Source of the DNA: Terriglobia bacterium
GTDB taxonomy: Bacteria; Acidobacteriota; Terriglobia; Acidiferrales; UBA7541
DNA length: 64,000 nt
Direction: 5' to 3'
NCBI GenBank assembly: GCA_963695545.1
Contig: OY968796.1
Span: 736,001 to 800,000 of the forward strand
Numbering within the stretch: the stretch's first letter is position 1; every line of letters begins with the position of its first letter. Both the position numbers and the translations under genes were made by a program. The notes beneath the pieces are model-generated. The model did not search any database. It was given only the letters and a program-made list of their open reading frames with translations, and had not been told where the DNA came from. Of the stretch, positions 1-9,602 are shown piece after piece.

Positions 1-68
1 ACGTTCCCGCCGCGCAGCTCACGCCGGATCAGCGTGCAAAACTCAGCGAGGGAGGCGCAGCGCAATGA
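1..68 (+). CDS. C-terminal fragment of upstream gene, probably alternative complex III cytochrome c subunit ActE (partial)
   Basis: Open frame ...VPAAQLTPDQRAKLSEGGAAQ* whose TGA (66-68) overlaps the actF ATG (ATGA). Identity inferred only from position in act operons. Confidence 0.45.
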   Translation, partial: VPAAQLTPDQRAKLSEGGAAQ

Positions 69-1255
69 GCGCGTCTGCCAATCGCATGCCGCGGGAATAC
101 ATGGCGCCCGAGGATTCCGCGCGCTGGCAATCCGGCGCGCTGATCGTGGGCGTGGTTGCGCTTGTGATTTCCATTGCCGGCGGCTTTGCCAACCCCACGC
201 AATTTTTCCGCTCGTATCTGATCGGCTTTTTTTTCTGGCTTGGAATCGCGCTCGGTTCTCTCGCGCTGCTGATGCTCCAATATCTCACCGGCGGAGACTG
301 GGGCGTGATGATCCGACGGCCGCTTGAAAGCGCCACGCGCACGCTGCCGCTGATGTTGCTGCTGTTTGCTCCACTCGCGTTCGGCGTACGCCACGTGTAC
401 GAGTGGATGGCGCCGGGAACAATCTTGCCTCCGCACAAGGCCGTGTATCTGACCGTGCCGTTTTTCTTCGAGCGCGCCGCGATTTATTTCGCGGTCTGGA
501 TCGTTCTGCAGTGGCTGCTGAATCGATGGTCGCATCAGCAGGATGAAACCGGCGACGTGCGCTTCAAGCTCAAGCTGACCTACCTCGCGGGCCCCGGCTT
601 GATCCTGTACGGCTTGACGATTTCATTCGCCTCGGTGGATTGGATCATGTCGCTCGATCCGTCGTGGTATTCCAGCATTTTCGGGATTTTGATCATTGGC
701 GGGCAATTGGTTGCCGCGATGTCCATGATGATCGTGACGCTGGTGGCGCTGGGGCGCGAAGAACCCATGGAGAGCGTCTACCAGTCCCGCCACTACCACG
801 ATTTGGGGAAGCTGCTTTTTGCCTTCGTGATGCTCTGGGCTTACTTTTCCGTGTCGCAGTTGATCATCATTTGGTCGGGCAATCTGCCCGAGGAAATTTC
901 CTGGTACATGTCGCGCATCGTGGGCGAATGGCGCTGGGTGGGATTGCTTTTGGTGATCGCGCACTTCGCGCTGCCCTTCGGCCTGTTGCTCTCGCGGGAT
1001 TTGAAACGAAGGCCGGGGCGTCTCGTGTGGATCGCAGGACTGCTTCTGGTCGCGCGCCTGGTGGACGTCTACTGGCTGACCGCGCCGGAATTCTGGCCCG
1101 GCGGAATTCATCTGCACTGGATGGACGTGCTGGTTCCCATCGGCATCGGGGGAATTTGGATTTGGTTTTACGTGCGCCAGTTGCGGCAATGGCCGCTGTT
1201 GCCGGTCGCCGACCGCCGGCTCGCGGAAGCTATGGAGCGTCATGCCCATGCCTGA
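65..1255 (+). CDS. actF: Alternative complex III membrane subunit ActF (NrfD-like polytopic protein)
   Basis: About 10 TM helices; motifs DWIMSLDPSWYSSIFG, HDLGKLLFAFVMLWAYFSVSQLIIIWSGNLPEE; lies upstream of sco-cox. Confidence 0.85.
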   Translation: MSASANRMPREYMAPEDSARWQSGALIVGVVALVISIAGGFANPTQFFRSYLIGFFFWLGIALGSLALLMLQYLTGGDWGVMIRRPLESATRTLPLMLLLFAPLAFGVRHVYEWMAPGTILPPHKAVYLTVPFFFERAAIYFAVWIVLQWLLNRWSHQQDETGDVRFKLKLTYLAGPGLILYGLTISFASVDWIMSLDPSWYSSIFGILIIGGQLVAAMSMMIVTLVALGREEPMESVYQSRHYHDLGKLLFAFVMLWAYFSVSQLIIIWSGNLPEEISWYMSRIVGEWRWVGLLLVIAHFALPFGLLLSRDLKRRPGRLVWIAGLLLVARLVDVYWLTAPEFWPGGIHLHWMDVLVPIGIGGIWIWFYVRQLRQWPLLPVADRRLAEAMERHAHA

Positions 1256-1754
1256 GCACGAGACTCACGGGAATCCAACGAACGCGACGGAACCCGTGCA
1301 TCCGACGGTGGCCTTCGAGACTGAAGACGTCAGCGTCAGCGGAGTCGAGCGCGTGGGACTGGGATTGGCTCTCGTGATCGTCGTCACTTTGGTGGTCATC
1401 GCGGGGGTTTTTCATTTCTTCACGCGCGTGCAGCCCGTCGGGACGCCGGAGGTCGCGGCGAGCATGCGCGGGGATGAGCAAACTTTGCCGCCGGCTCCGC
1501 GCATGCAGGAAATCCCCGGCGACACCGTGCCGCCGCCCGAACAGCGGCGCGAATTCCAGGCGGCCGCCGCCGCGGAGTTGGATAGCTACGGCTGGGTGAA
1601 TGGGCAAAAGAGCGTCGCGCACATTCCGATCGAAGACGCGATGGCGCTATTGGTGAAGAACGGATTGGCGCCGGCCGCGCCGCCAGTTGCGGCGTACGGC
1701 AATCCGCAGGTTAAGCCACAGTCGATAGCCGTAAAAGGAAAGAAGGGGCCATGA
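1242..1754 (+). CDS. Single-TM ActG-like accessory subunit of alternative complex III
   Basis: One TM helix, C-terminal LDSYGWV...HIPIEDAM motif, position between actF and sco. Start could be 1248. Confidence 0.65.
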   Translation: MPMPEHETHGNPTNATEPVHPTVAFETEDVSVSGVERVGLGLALVIVVTLVVIAGVFHFFTRVQPVGTPEVAASMRGDEQTLPPAPRMQEIPGDTVPPPEQRREFQAAAAAELDSYGWVNGQKSVAHIPIEDAMALLVKNGLAPAAPPVAAYGNPQVKPQSIAVKGKKGP

Positions 1755-2653
1755 AGGTCAGTGCCGCAGGCGCCGGACAGTTCGAGCGAGCCGTGCAAAT
1801 AATGGGAATGCTTATGCTCGCGGGCCTGTGCGCCTCAGGCTCGCTGCACGCACAGGGGATGTTCAACGGCGGGACGCCGCCGATCATCGCTCCTCCATCG
1901 AACACCGTACCGTTGCAGCTTGCGGGCGTGGATTTCGTGCCGCCCTTCGGCGCGACTCTGCCGCTCGACACCCAATTTCGCGACGACCAGGGCCGCGACG
2001 TGCGCCTCGGCGACTACTTCGGCTCGAAGCCCGTGATTTTGACTTTTGGATATTACCAGTGCCCGATGCTGTGCACGCAGGTGCAGCGCGGTATCGCGAG
2101 CGTCCTGAAGGTTGTGAAATTAGTTCCGGGCAAGGATTTCCAGGTGGTCTTCATCAGCTTCAATCCGAAAGAAACGCCGGCGATGGCCGCGGCGAAGAAA
2201 CAAGCCGCCATCGACTACTACCACCGCCCCGGCACCGACGACGGCTGGCATTTTCTGGTGGGTGACGACGCCAACGTGCGCCGCGCGGCTCAAGCCGCGG
2301 GATTTAAATACGTCTACGATCCGAAGACCGGTCTCTACGCACACGCCACGGGGATTTTGGTGCTCACGCCCGACGGGAAAATTTCGCGCGTATTCTACGG
2401 GATCGAATATCCGCCGCGCGATTTAGAGCTGGGCCTGGTTGAATCTTCGCACGGAAAGTTTGGCACCATCGGCGACCACCTGCTGCTGTTCTGCTGCGAA
2501 TACGATCCTTCCACCGGGCGCTACAGCGCGACGATTTTGGATGTGATTCGTCTGTTCGGGATTCTGCTCGTGCTCGCGCTCGGAATTTTCATGGGGATCC
2601 ACTGGTGGCACGATGCGCACGCGGCCAGCGGAGTCCCGTCGGGGGCCAGATAG
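1751..2653 (+). CDS. SCO1/SenC family copper chaperone
   Basis: YYQCPMLC (CxxxC), GWHFL, YAHATG, C-terminal TM; overlaps the previous gene by ATGA. Confidence 0.9.
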   Translation: MKVSAAGAGQFERAVQIMGMLMLAGLCASGSLHAQGMFNGGTPPIIAPPSNTVPLQLAGVDFVPPFGATLPLDTQFRDDQGRDVRLGDYFGSKPVILTFGYYQCPMLCTQVQRGIASVLKVVKLVPGKDFQVVFISFNPKETPAMAAAKKQAAIDYYHRPGTDDGWHFLVGDDANVRRAAQAAGFKYVYDPKTGLYAHATGILVLTPDGKISRVFYGIEYPPRDLELGLVESSHGKFGTIGDHLLLFCCEYDPSTGRYSATILDVIRLFGILLVLALGIFMGIHWWHDAHAASGVPSGAR

Positions 2654-2657
2654 AACC

Positions 2658-3644
2658 GTGGGATCGAATTTTCCATTGTTTCCGGAGCGGGCTTCGAGCG
2701 TGGCCGGAGGTGTGGACTCACTCTTCTTGTTGCTGGTGGCCGTTGCGGTCTTCTTTTCCGTACTCATCGGCGTCGCAATTTTTTATCTTTCTTTCCGCTA
2801 CCGCCGCCGGCCGAACAACCAAGTCGGACAGCTTGTGCCGGGTTCCGAAGCCCTTGAAATCACCTGGATGGTAATCCCCTTCATGATTGCCATGGTGCTC
2901 TTCGCCTGGGGCGCGAAACTCTACGTCACCATGCGGCAATCGCCTTCCGACGCGCTGAATATTTACGTCGTGGGCAAACAATGGATGTGGAAGATCCAGC
3001 ATGCCGACGGGCGGCGCGAGTTCAACGAGTTGCATGTTCCGGTGAATCGAGACGTCCAGCTCACCATGATTTCCGAAGACGTGATCCACGATTTCTTCGT
3101 GCCCGCGTTTCGCGTGAAGATGGACGTGCTGCCCGGCCGCTACACCACGCTGTGGTTCCGCGCCACAAAAACCGGAAGCTATCATCTGTTTTGCTCTCAG
3201 TATTGTGGCACCAATCATTCGCTCATGGGTGGCTGGGTCATCGTCATGGAACCTTCCCAATATCAGGCCTGGCTCGCCGGCGGCTCGAACAGCGAGAGCC
3301 CTCAACAAGCGGGCCAGCGTCTTTTTACGACGTTGGCTTGCGTTTCCTGCCACGGCGATCCATCCGAGGTTGGGGCCGGCCCGCGCGCGCCTTCGCTCCG
3401 CGGCGTCTATGGCTCAACGGTGAAACTCGCCGACGGCCGGACCATCACAGCCGACGACCAGTATCTCCGCCAGCATATTCTCACTCCCGGAGCCACGGTC
3501 GTGGCCGGCTACGACAACATCATGCCGACGTTCCAGGGCGTCGTCAGTGAAGATCAACTGCTGCAACTGATCGCGTACATCAAGTCCTTGGGAACGCAGC
3601 CGGCGCAAAGCGCATCGGGCGCAGCCGCGCCGGCCGCGCAGTGA
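2658..3644 (+). CDS. coxB: Cytochrome c oxidase subunit II with fused C-terminal cytochrome c (caa3 type)
   Basis: Two TM helices, KQWMW, DVIHDF...[12 protein letters not shown]uA site, CVSCH heme c motif. Likely GTG start at 2658. Confidence 0.93.
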   Translation: MGSNFPLFPERASSVAGGVDSLFLLLVAVAVFFSVLIGVAIFYLSFRYRRRPNNQVGQLVPGSEALEITWMVIPFMIAMVLFAWGAKLYVTMRQSPSDALNIYVVGKQWMWKIQHADGRREFNELHVPVNRDVQLTMISEDVIHDFFVPAFRVKMDVLPGRYTTLWFRATKTGSYHLFCSQYCGTNHSLMGGWVIVMEPSQYQAWLAGGSNSESPQQAGQRLFTTLACVSCHGDPSEVGAGPRAPSLRGVYGSTVKLADGRTITADDQYLRQHILTPGATVVAGYDNIMPTFQGVVSEDQLLQLIAYIKSLGTQPAQSASGAAAPAAQ

Positions 3645-3660
3645 AAGGGGTAAGAGAGCC

Positions 3661-5457
3661 ATGAGCACGATCACCGCGAATCCGCCGCCGGCTTCAAGTC
3701 CGCCGCCGAAGCCCCGCGAAAACTACCTGAATGCCAGTTACGGCATTCGCTCCTGGCTGCTGACGACGGACCATAAGCGCATTGCTCTTCTGTGGCTGTT
3801 CTCCGTGACCTGTTTTTTCGCTATGGGCGGATTTTTCGCCATGCTGATTCGCTTGCAATTGCTCACGCCAGAGGGCTGGCTGGTTACGCCCGACACGTAC
3901 AACCGCCTGTTCACCATGCACGGCGTGATGATGATTTTCTTCTTCCTGATTCCATCCATCCCGGCGGTGCTTGGGAATTTCCTGATTCCGCTGATGATCG
4001 GCGCGAAGGATCTGGCCTTTCCCAAGCTGAATTTGCTCAGCTGGTACATTTTCAATATCGGAGCGCTTTTTACGGTCTACTCGATCGTCACCGGAGGCGT
4101 GGACACCGGCTGGACGTTCTACACGCCTTTCAGCAGTATTTATTCCAACTCTCAGGTGTCTGCCGCAGTCATCGGAATTTTCATCGTCGGCTTCAGCTCG
4201 ATCCTCACGGGCCTGAATTTCGTCGTAACCATTCACACCATGCGCGCGCCGGGCATGACTTGGTGGCGCTTACCGATCTTTGTGTGGACGCACTACGCGA
4301 CCAGCATCATCTTCATCCTGGGGACGCCGGTGCTGGCGATCACCCTCGCCATGGTCGCGGCAGAGCGCTTATTGCACATCGGCGTCTTCGATCCACGCCT
4401 GGGCGGCGACCCGCTGCTATTTCAGCATCTGTTCTGGTTTTATTCGCATCCGGCGGTTTACATCATGATCTTGCCGGCGATGGGCGTGGTCTCGGAGATC
4501 ATCCCCACGTTCGCGCGCAAGAATCTTTATGGCTATAAGGCCGTGGCCATCGCCAGTCTGGGCATTGCGGCAATCGGTTTTCTGGTCTGGGCCCACCACA
4601 TGTTCGTCGCCGGGATTTCGATTTACGCGGCGATGGTTTTTTCCCTCCTGAGTTATCTCGTCGCCATTCCTTCGGCAATTAAAGTGTTCAATTGGACGGC
4701 CACGCTCTATCGCGGCTCGGTTTCATGGCAAACGCCGATGCTTTACGCGCTGGGCTTCATCGGCTTGTTCACCATGGGCGGCATGACGGGCTTGTTCCTT
4801 GCCGCCATTGGCGCCGACGTCCACGTGCACGACACCTATTTCGTCGTCGCGCACTTTCACTACATCATGGTGGGCGGCGCGGTGATGGGATATCTCGGCG
4901 GCCTGCATTATTGGTGGCCGAAGATCAGCGGGCGCATGTATCCGGAAATGCTCTCGCGCGCCGCCGCGATTATCTTGTTCGTCGGCTTCAATCTGACGTT
5001 CTTCCCGCAGTTCGTCCTGGGCTATCTCGGCATGCCCCGGCGCTACGCCACCTATCCGCCGGAATTCCAGATACTCAACGTTTTTTCCACCGCCGGCGCC
5101 TCCATCCTTGGCCTCGGCTATCTGCTGCCGATCTGCTATTTCATCTGGTCGATGCGCTACGGCCCCATCGCGAGCTCGAATCCCTGGCCCGGAACCGGAC
5201 TTGAGTGGCAGACCACTTCGCCGCCGCCGACCGAGAATTTTGAAACCACGCCCGTAGTCACCTGGGAGCCGTACGATTTCGAGCATCGCCCCGATCTGGG
5301 TCTGCCAAAACCGGAACGCGCGCGGCCCGCACCACTCGAGGCGCCTGGCCTCGAGCTGAGGAGACTAGAGTGGAACGTACCGGCGCCCTGTTCGGCCAGT
5401 TTCGCGATCTCGATCAGCAGCGGGAGACCGCTTCGCTGGGCATGTGGGTATTTCTGA
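3661..5457 (+). CDS. coxA: Cytochrome c oxidase subunit I, family A2 heme-copper oxidase
   Basis: [19 protein letters not shown] (YS motif of A2), [24 protein letters not shown]. Confidence 0.96.
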   Translation: MSTITANPPPASSPPPKPRENYLNASYGIRSWLLTTDHKRIALLWLFSVTCFFAMGGFFAMLIRLQLLTPEGWLVTPDTYNRLFTMHGVMMIFFFLIPSIPAVLGNFLIPLMIGAKDLAFPKLNLLSWYIFNIGALFTVYSIVTGGVDTGWTFYTPFSSIYSNSQVSAAVIGIFIVGFSSILTGLNFVVTIHTMRAPGMTWWRLPIFVWTHYATSIIFILGTPVLAITLAMVAAERLLHIGVFDPRLGGDPLLFQHLFWFYSHPAVYIMILPAMGVVSEIIPTFARKNLYGYKAVAIASLGIAAIGFLVWAHHMFVAGISIYAAMVFSLLSYLVAIPSAIKVFNWTATLYRGSVSWQTPMLYALGFIGLFTMGGMTGLFLAAIGADVHVHDTYFVVAHFHYIMVGGAVMGYLGGLHYWWPKISGRMYPEMLSRAAAIILFVGFNLTFFPQFVLGYLGMPRRYATYPPEFQILNVFSTAGASILGLGYLLPICYFIWSMRYGPIASSNPWPGTGLEWQTTSPPPTENFETTPVVTWEPYDFEHRPDLGLPKPERARPAPLEAPGLELRRLEWNVPAPCSASFAISISSGRPLRWACGYF

Positions 5458-6020
5458 TGACCGAGGTGATGTTTTTCGGCGGACTTTTCCTGGCTTACAC
5501 GGTCTACCGCTACAAGTATCATGATGCCTTCGCCGCCGCGAGCCGCGAGCTCGATGTCGCCAAGGGCGCGCTGAACACCGGCGTGCTGATCCTTTCCAGT
5601 TTCACGATGGCCGTGGCGGTGTGGGCTTCCGAGATGCGCAAGCGCAAGCTGCTTTGCATTTTCCTGATACTCACGATGCTGCTGGGCGGCGTTTTCCTCA
5701 CCATCAAGGGCTTTGAATACGCCCAGAAGTTTGAGCACCATCTGGTGCCCGGGCCCAATTTCAATTTCCCGGCTCCCGTGCCCGAAGCGCAGCATGCGGA
5801 ACTTTTCTTCGCGCTCTACTTCCTGATGACCGGCATGCACGCGCTGCACATGATCATCGGCGAAGGCATGCTGCTCATTCTGTTGATTTACGCCTGGAAA
5901 GGGAGCTTCACCGGCGAGTATCACGCGCCCATGGAAAATGCGGGCTTGTACTGGCATTTCGTGGATATCGTCTGGATTTTCCTGTTTCCGTTGCTGTATC
6001 TCATTGACCTGCACCATTGA
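5370..6020 (+). CDS. coxC: Cytochrome c oxidase subunit III
   Basis: [41 protein letters not shown] before the GTG. Confidence 0.93.
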   Translation: MERTGALFGQFRDLDQQRETASLGMWVFLMTEVMFFGGLFLAYTVYRYKYHDAFAAASRELDVAKGALNTGVLILSSFTMAVAVWASEMRKRKLLCIFLILTMLLGGVFLTIKGFEYAQKFEHHLVPGPNFNFPAPVPEAQHAELFFALYFLMTGMHALHMIIGEGMLLILLIYAWKGSFTGEYHAPMENAGLYWHFVDIVWIFLFPLLYLIDLHH

Positions 6021-6043
6021 GGAGGAATTCCGTCGAGGCGCCC

Positions 6044-6352
6044 ATGGCTACGTCAACCGAGCATCCAAGCGAGCACATCGTACCGATCAAAACCTACGCC
6101 GTGGTGTGCGCCACGCTGCTGGTGCTGACGTTTCTGACCTATCGAATCGCCTACGTGGACCTGGGCCCGCTCAATGTCGTCGTGGCCATCGTGATCGCGT
6201 GCATCAAAGCCACGCTGGTCGTCCTTTTCTTCATGCACGCCGCCTACGCGCCGCGCCGCACGCGCATGGTCATCCTGGCGGGGATCTTCTGGATGTTGCT
6301 GCTTCTCGGCCTGACGCTGGCCGATTATTTGACGCGGCTATTGCCCCGATAG
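6044..6352 (+). CDS. coxD: Cytochrome c oxidase subunit IV (caa3-type)
   Basis: Three TM helices, KATLVVLFFMH motif, last gene of the cox operon. Confidence 0.88.
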   Translation: MATSTEHPSEHIVPIKTYAVVCATLLVLTFLTYRIAYVDLGPLNVVVAIVIACIKATLVVLFFMHAAYAPRRTRMVILAGIFWMLLLLGLTLADYLTRLLPR

Positions 6353-6385
6353 CCGCCTTCGCGGATCGCCGTACCTACAGGTTGA

Positions 6386-6414
6386 TTGACACCGGCGTAC
6401 CCCGCGAGTATCAT
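6386..6414 (+). promoter_or_regulatory. Sigma70-type promoter of rpsA
   Basis: TTGACA (6386-6391), 17-nt spacer, TATCAT (6409-6414). Confidence 0.75.
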
Positions 6415-6543
6415 CCCGAACGAAGCAGCATATTGGGGTGGGTTCGCATCTCCTTCCTTGCACCTGTTCCGTGACTGGGAAGAATCACCGGGGTGGGCGA
6501 GTCATCCTCCAAACGGGATGGCGTCGTCTGGGAGGCAGTCAGT

Positions 6544-8505
6544 ATGTTTTCCGAAGCCGAAACGCCGACCGCTGAACACGCCGAGCCGACGGCAGCATCG
6601 CCGGCCCCTGAGCCCGTTTTGCACGAGTCCTCCGCTGCGGCAGCCGCCGCTGTAGCTCCCGCTTCCCAGGCCCAACCAGCCCCGGCTGCGGACGCGCCGA
6701 ACGCGTCGTCCGGCCTCTCGAACGAAGTTCCCGCAGAAGCGCCCGTTGCCGCTTCATCCGACGCGACCACTGCAGACGCCGCGACCGCCGGCGACGCCGA
6801 AGACGCCCCGATCGAAATGGAGCAGCTACTCGATCAGTACGCTGCGCCGCAATCCACCGCCGTCGAAGGCGAAATCGAAGCCGGCCAAGTCGTGGCCGTC
6901 ACCGACCTCGGCATTGTCGTCAATCTCGGCGGCAAAACCGAAGGCCTGATCCTCGCGCAGGAAATCACCGAAGCCGAAGAACCCATCAAGCTCGATCCCG
7001 GCCAGCCGATCGAAGTCGTGCGCACCGGAGAACACAAGGAAGGCTATGCCGTTCTCTCGCACCTGCGCGCGCTCAAGCGCCGCGCCTGGACAAATATCGA
7101 AAAGGCCTACCGCGATAAAACGGAGCTAAGCGGCAAGGTCGTCGATCGCATCAAGGGAGGCCTCGTTGTAAACGTGGGAGTGCGCGCGTTTCTGCCCGCC
7201 TCGCAGCTCGATCTCCGCCCCGTCGCCAATCTCGACGCGCTGAAGGACCAGGAAATTACCGTGCGCGTCGTGAAGCTCAATCGCAAGCGCGGCAACGTGG
7301 TCGTCAGCCGGCGCGCGATTCTCGAGGAGCAATCGAAGGCCGAGCGCCAGAAGCTTCTCGATTCTCTCGAAGAAGGCCAGGTGCGCCGCGGCATGGTCAA
7401 GAACGTCACGGCCTACGGCGCGTTCATCGACCTCGGCGGCCTCGACGGCCTGCTCCACGTCACTGACATGTCCTGGGGCCGCGTCTCCAGCCCATCCGAG
7501 ATCGTTCGCCCCGGCGACGATGTCGAAGTGAAAGTTTTGAAGTTTGATAAGGAAAAAGCGCGCGTCGCGCTGGGCTTAAAACAACTTCAGCCCGACCCAT
7601 GGCTCAGCGTCGTCGAACGCTACAAAGTCGGCACGCGCCTCCCCGGCAAAGTCATCAGTGTCGTCGATTACGGCGCGTTCGTTGAAATCGAGCCGGGCAT
7701 CGACGGCCTGGTGCACGCGAGCGAAATGAGTTGGTCGAAGCGGAAGCTGCACCCCTCGAAAGTGGTCAAGCCCGGCGACGCCGTCGAAGTCGTCGTGCTC
7801 GGCGTGGATTCAAATGAGCGCCGCATCTCCCTGGGCATGAAGCAGACCCAGACCGACCCTTGGCAGGAATTGGCCGCGAAATATCCGGTCGGCACGGTAG
7901 TCGAAGGCCGCGTGCGCAATCTCACCGAGTTCGGCGCCTTCGTTGAAATCGAGGAAGGTTTCGACGGCCTGATCCACGTCAGCGACATTTCCTGGACCGG
8001 CCGCATCAAGAGCCCCGCCGACGTCCTGAAAAAGGGCGACACGGTGAAAGCTAAGGTTCTGAAGATCGAACCTTCCGGCCGGCGCGTTTCGCTGGGCATC
8101 AAGCAGGTCGACGACGTCTGGACCAACTGGTTCGCCCAGCACAAAGTGGGCAGCCTGGTGCACGGCAAAGTCTCGCGCCTCACAACTTTCGGCGCGTTCG
8201 TGGCCCTCGCCGAAGGAATCGAAGGGCTCTGCCACATCTCCGAAATCGAAGAGCGCCACAAAGGCGATAGATCCCAAGCTCCGCCCCGCGCCGGCGGTTC
8301 AAAATCGGGCGAGATGCTGCATGTCGGCCAGGGTTACGATTTCAAAATCGTGAAAATTCAGCCTGATCAGCACAAAATCGGGCTCAGCTTCCGCGCCGCC
8401 ATCAAGCAAGCGGAGCGTCGCGATATGGAGGACTACCGCTCGTCGAAGTCCTCGGCTACGGCCACCATTGGCGACGCCATCATGGCCAAGCGGGTAACGC
8501 AGTGA
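6544..8505 (+). CDS. rpsA: 30S ribosomal protein S1 with Ala/Pro/Glu-rich N-terminal extension
   Basis: Six S1 repeats (YGAFIDLGGLDGLLHVTDMSW, FGAFVEIEEGFDGLIHVSDISW); GGAGG at 6531-6535 before ATG 6544. Confidence 0.95.
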   Translation: MFSEAETPTAEHAEPTAASPAPEPVLHESSAAAAAAVAPASQAQPAPAADAPNASSGLSNEVPAEAPVAASSDATTADAATAGDAEDAPIEMEQLLDQYAAPQSTAVEGEIEAGQVVAVTDLGIVVNLGGKTEGLILAQEITEAEEPIKLDPGQPIEVVRTGEHKEGYAVLSHLRALKRRAWTNIEKAYRDKTELSGKVVDRIKGGLVVNVGVRAFLPASQLDLRPVANLDALKDQEITVRVVKLNRKRGNVVVSRRAILEEQSKAERQKLLDSLEEGQVRRGMVKNVTAYGAFIDLGGLDGLLHVTDMSWGRVSSPSEIVRPGDDVEVKVLKFDKEKARVALGLKQLQPDPWLSVVERYKVGTRLPGKVISVVDYGAFVEIEPGIDGLVHASEMSWSKRKLHPSKVVKPGDAVEVVVLGVDSNERRISLGMKQTQTDPWQELAAKYPVGTVVEGRVRNLTEFGAFVEIEEGFDGLIHVSDISWTGRIKSPADVLKKGDTVKAKVLKIEPSGRRVSLGIKQVDDVWTNWFAQHKVGSLVHGKVSRLTTFGAFVALAEGIEGLCHISEIEERHKGDRSQAPPRAGGSKSGEMLHVGQGYDFKIVKIQPDQHKIGLSFRAAIKQAERRDMEDYRSSKSSATATIGDAIMAKRVTQ

Positions 8506-8661
8506 AACGGCGTGGGGCTCGTAGCGAAAAAATTTGTTTTCCTAACTTCATAGTTTAGTGATAGGAAAGGCACAGCGTAGCCGGGAGCCGGGCTCCTGAC
8601 TTGGCGCGGCATGAGTGGTGCCGCACTCTTGCATTCCGAACCTTAGCGGAGCAACCGAGAC

Positions 8662-8979
8662 ATGAATGACTCCACACTAACGAAAGCCGACCTGGTCGAA
8701 CAGGTCGTGAAGTCGACCGAGCTCCCGCGCAAGGAGTCGGAAGTTATCGTCGAGACAATTTTCGAGGGCATCATCGGCGCCCTCCAGAATGGCGACAAAA
8801 TCGAAATTCGCGGATTCGGCAGTTTTCGCACGCGCCAGCGCCGCGGCCGCATCGGCCGCAATCCGAAAACCGGCGCCAAGGTCGAGGTGCCGCCCAAACG
8901 CATCCCCTTCTTTAAGCCCAGCAAAGAACTGAAGGACTTCGTCAACACCTCCGGTTCGTCGGCGCGCGCGAGCGACTAG
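8662..8979 (+). CDS. ihfB: Integration host factor beta / HU family DNA-binding protein
   Basis: IEIRGFGSF, GRNPKTG, PFFKPSKEL; follows rpsA as in the conserved rpsA-ihfB order. Confidence 0.85.
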   Translation: MNDSTLTKADLVEQVVKSTELPRKESEVIVETIFEGIIGALQNGDKIEIRGFGSFRTRQRRGRIGRNPKTGAKVEVPPKRIPFFKPSKELKDFVNTSGSSARASD

Positions 8980-9035
8980 CCGGGCGCACGCGCTTCGGGC
9001 ACGCGCCGCGCCCCGGGCCAAGATTTACACCGAAT

Positions 9036-9518
9036 ATGGACTATCTCTGGACGCCCTGGCGCTACAAATACATCGAGCAATCTGGAAAGAATAAGACCTG
9101 CGTTTTTTGCGACGCCGCCGCTCTGGGCGACGATGCCGCCGCACACATCGTTCTTCGCGGCGTGAAAAATTACGTCATTCTGAATCGCTATCCTTACACC
9201 ACCGGCCACGTGATGATCGTGCCCTACGCGCATATCGCCGAGCTGGGCGATTGCGACGCCGAAACTCTCGCCGAGATGATGCTGCTCGCGCAGCGCGTGC
9301 AAGCCGCGCTCGCCTCCGTATATCACCCGGAAGGCTACAACCTCGGCATGAACCTTGGCCGCTCGGCCGGCGCCGGCGTGCTCGGCCATCTGCATCTGCA
9401 CGTGCTTCCGCGCTGGCCCGGCGACGCGAACTTCATGACCACGATTTCCGAAACCCGCCTCGAGCCCGAAGAACTCGACACCACCTACAAGAAACTTCGC
9501 GAAGCCCTCGGCGCGTGA
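9036..9518 (+). CDS. HIT family hydrolase (Ap4A hydrolase/phosphorylase-like)
   Basis: LWTPWR, CVFC, NRYPYTTGH, HLHLHVLPRW histidine triad. Confidence 0.9.
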   Translation: MDYLWTPWRYKYIEQSGKNKTCVFCDAAALGDDAAAHIVLRGVKNYVILNRYPYTTGHVMIVPYAHIAELGDCDAETLAEMMLLAQRVQAALASVYHPEGYNLGMNLGRSAGAGVLGHLHLHVLPRWPGDANFMTTISETRLEPEELDTTYKKLREALGA

Positions 9519-9602
9519 TCTGGTTTACTCCGGCGTTGCGCTCGGCTGAAATCCGAGCCTAGGCGCGCTAGAATCGCTCGAGCCGCACCGCGGCCCACAT
9601 CC

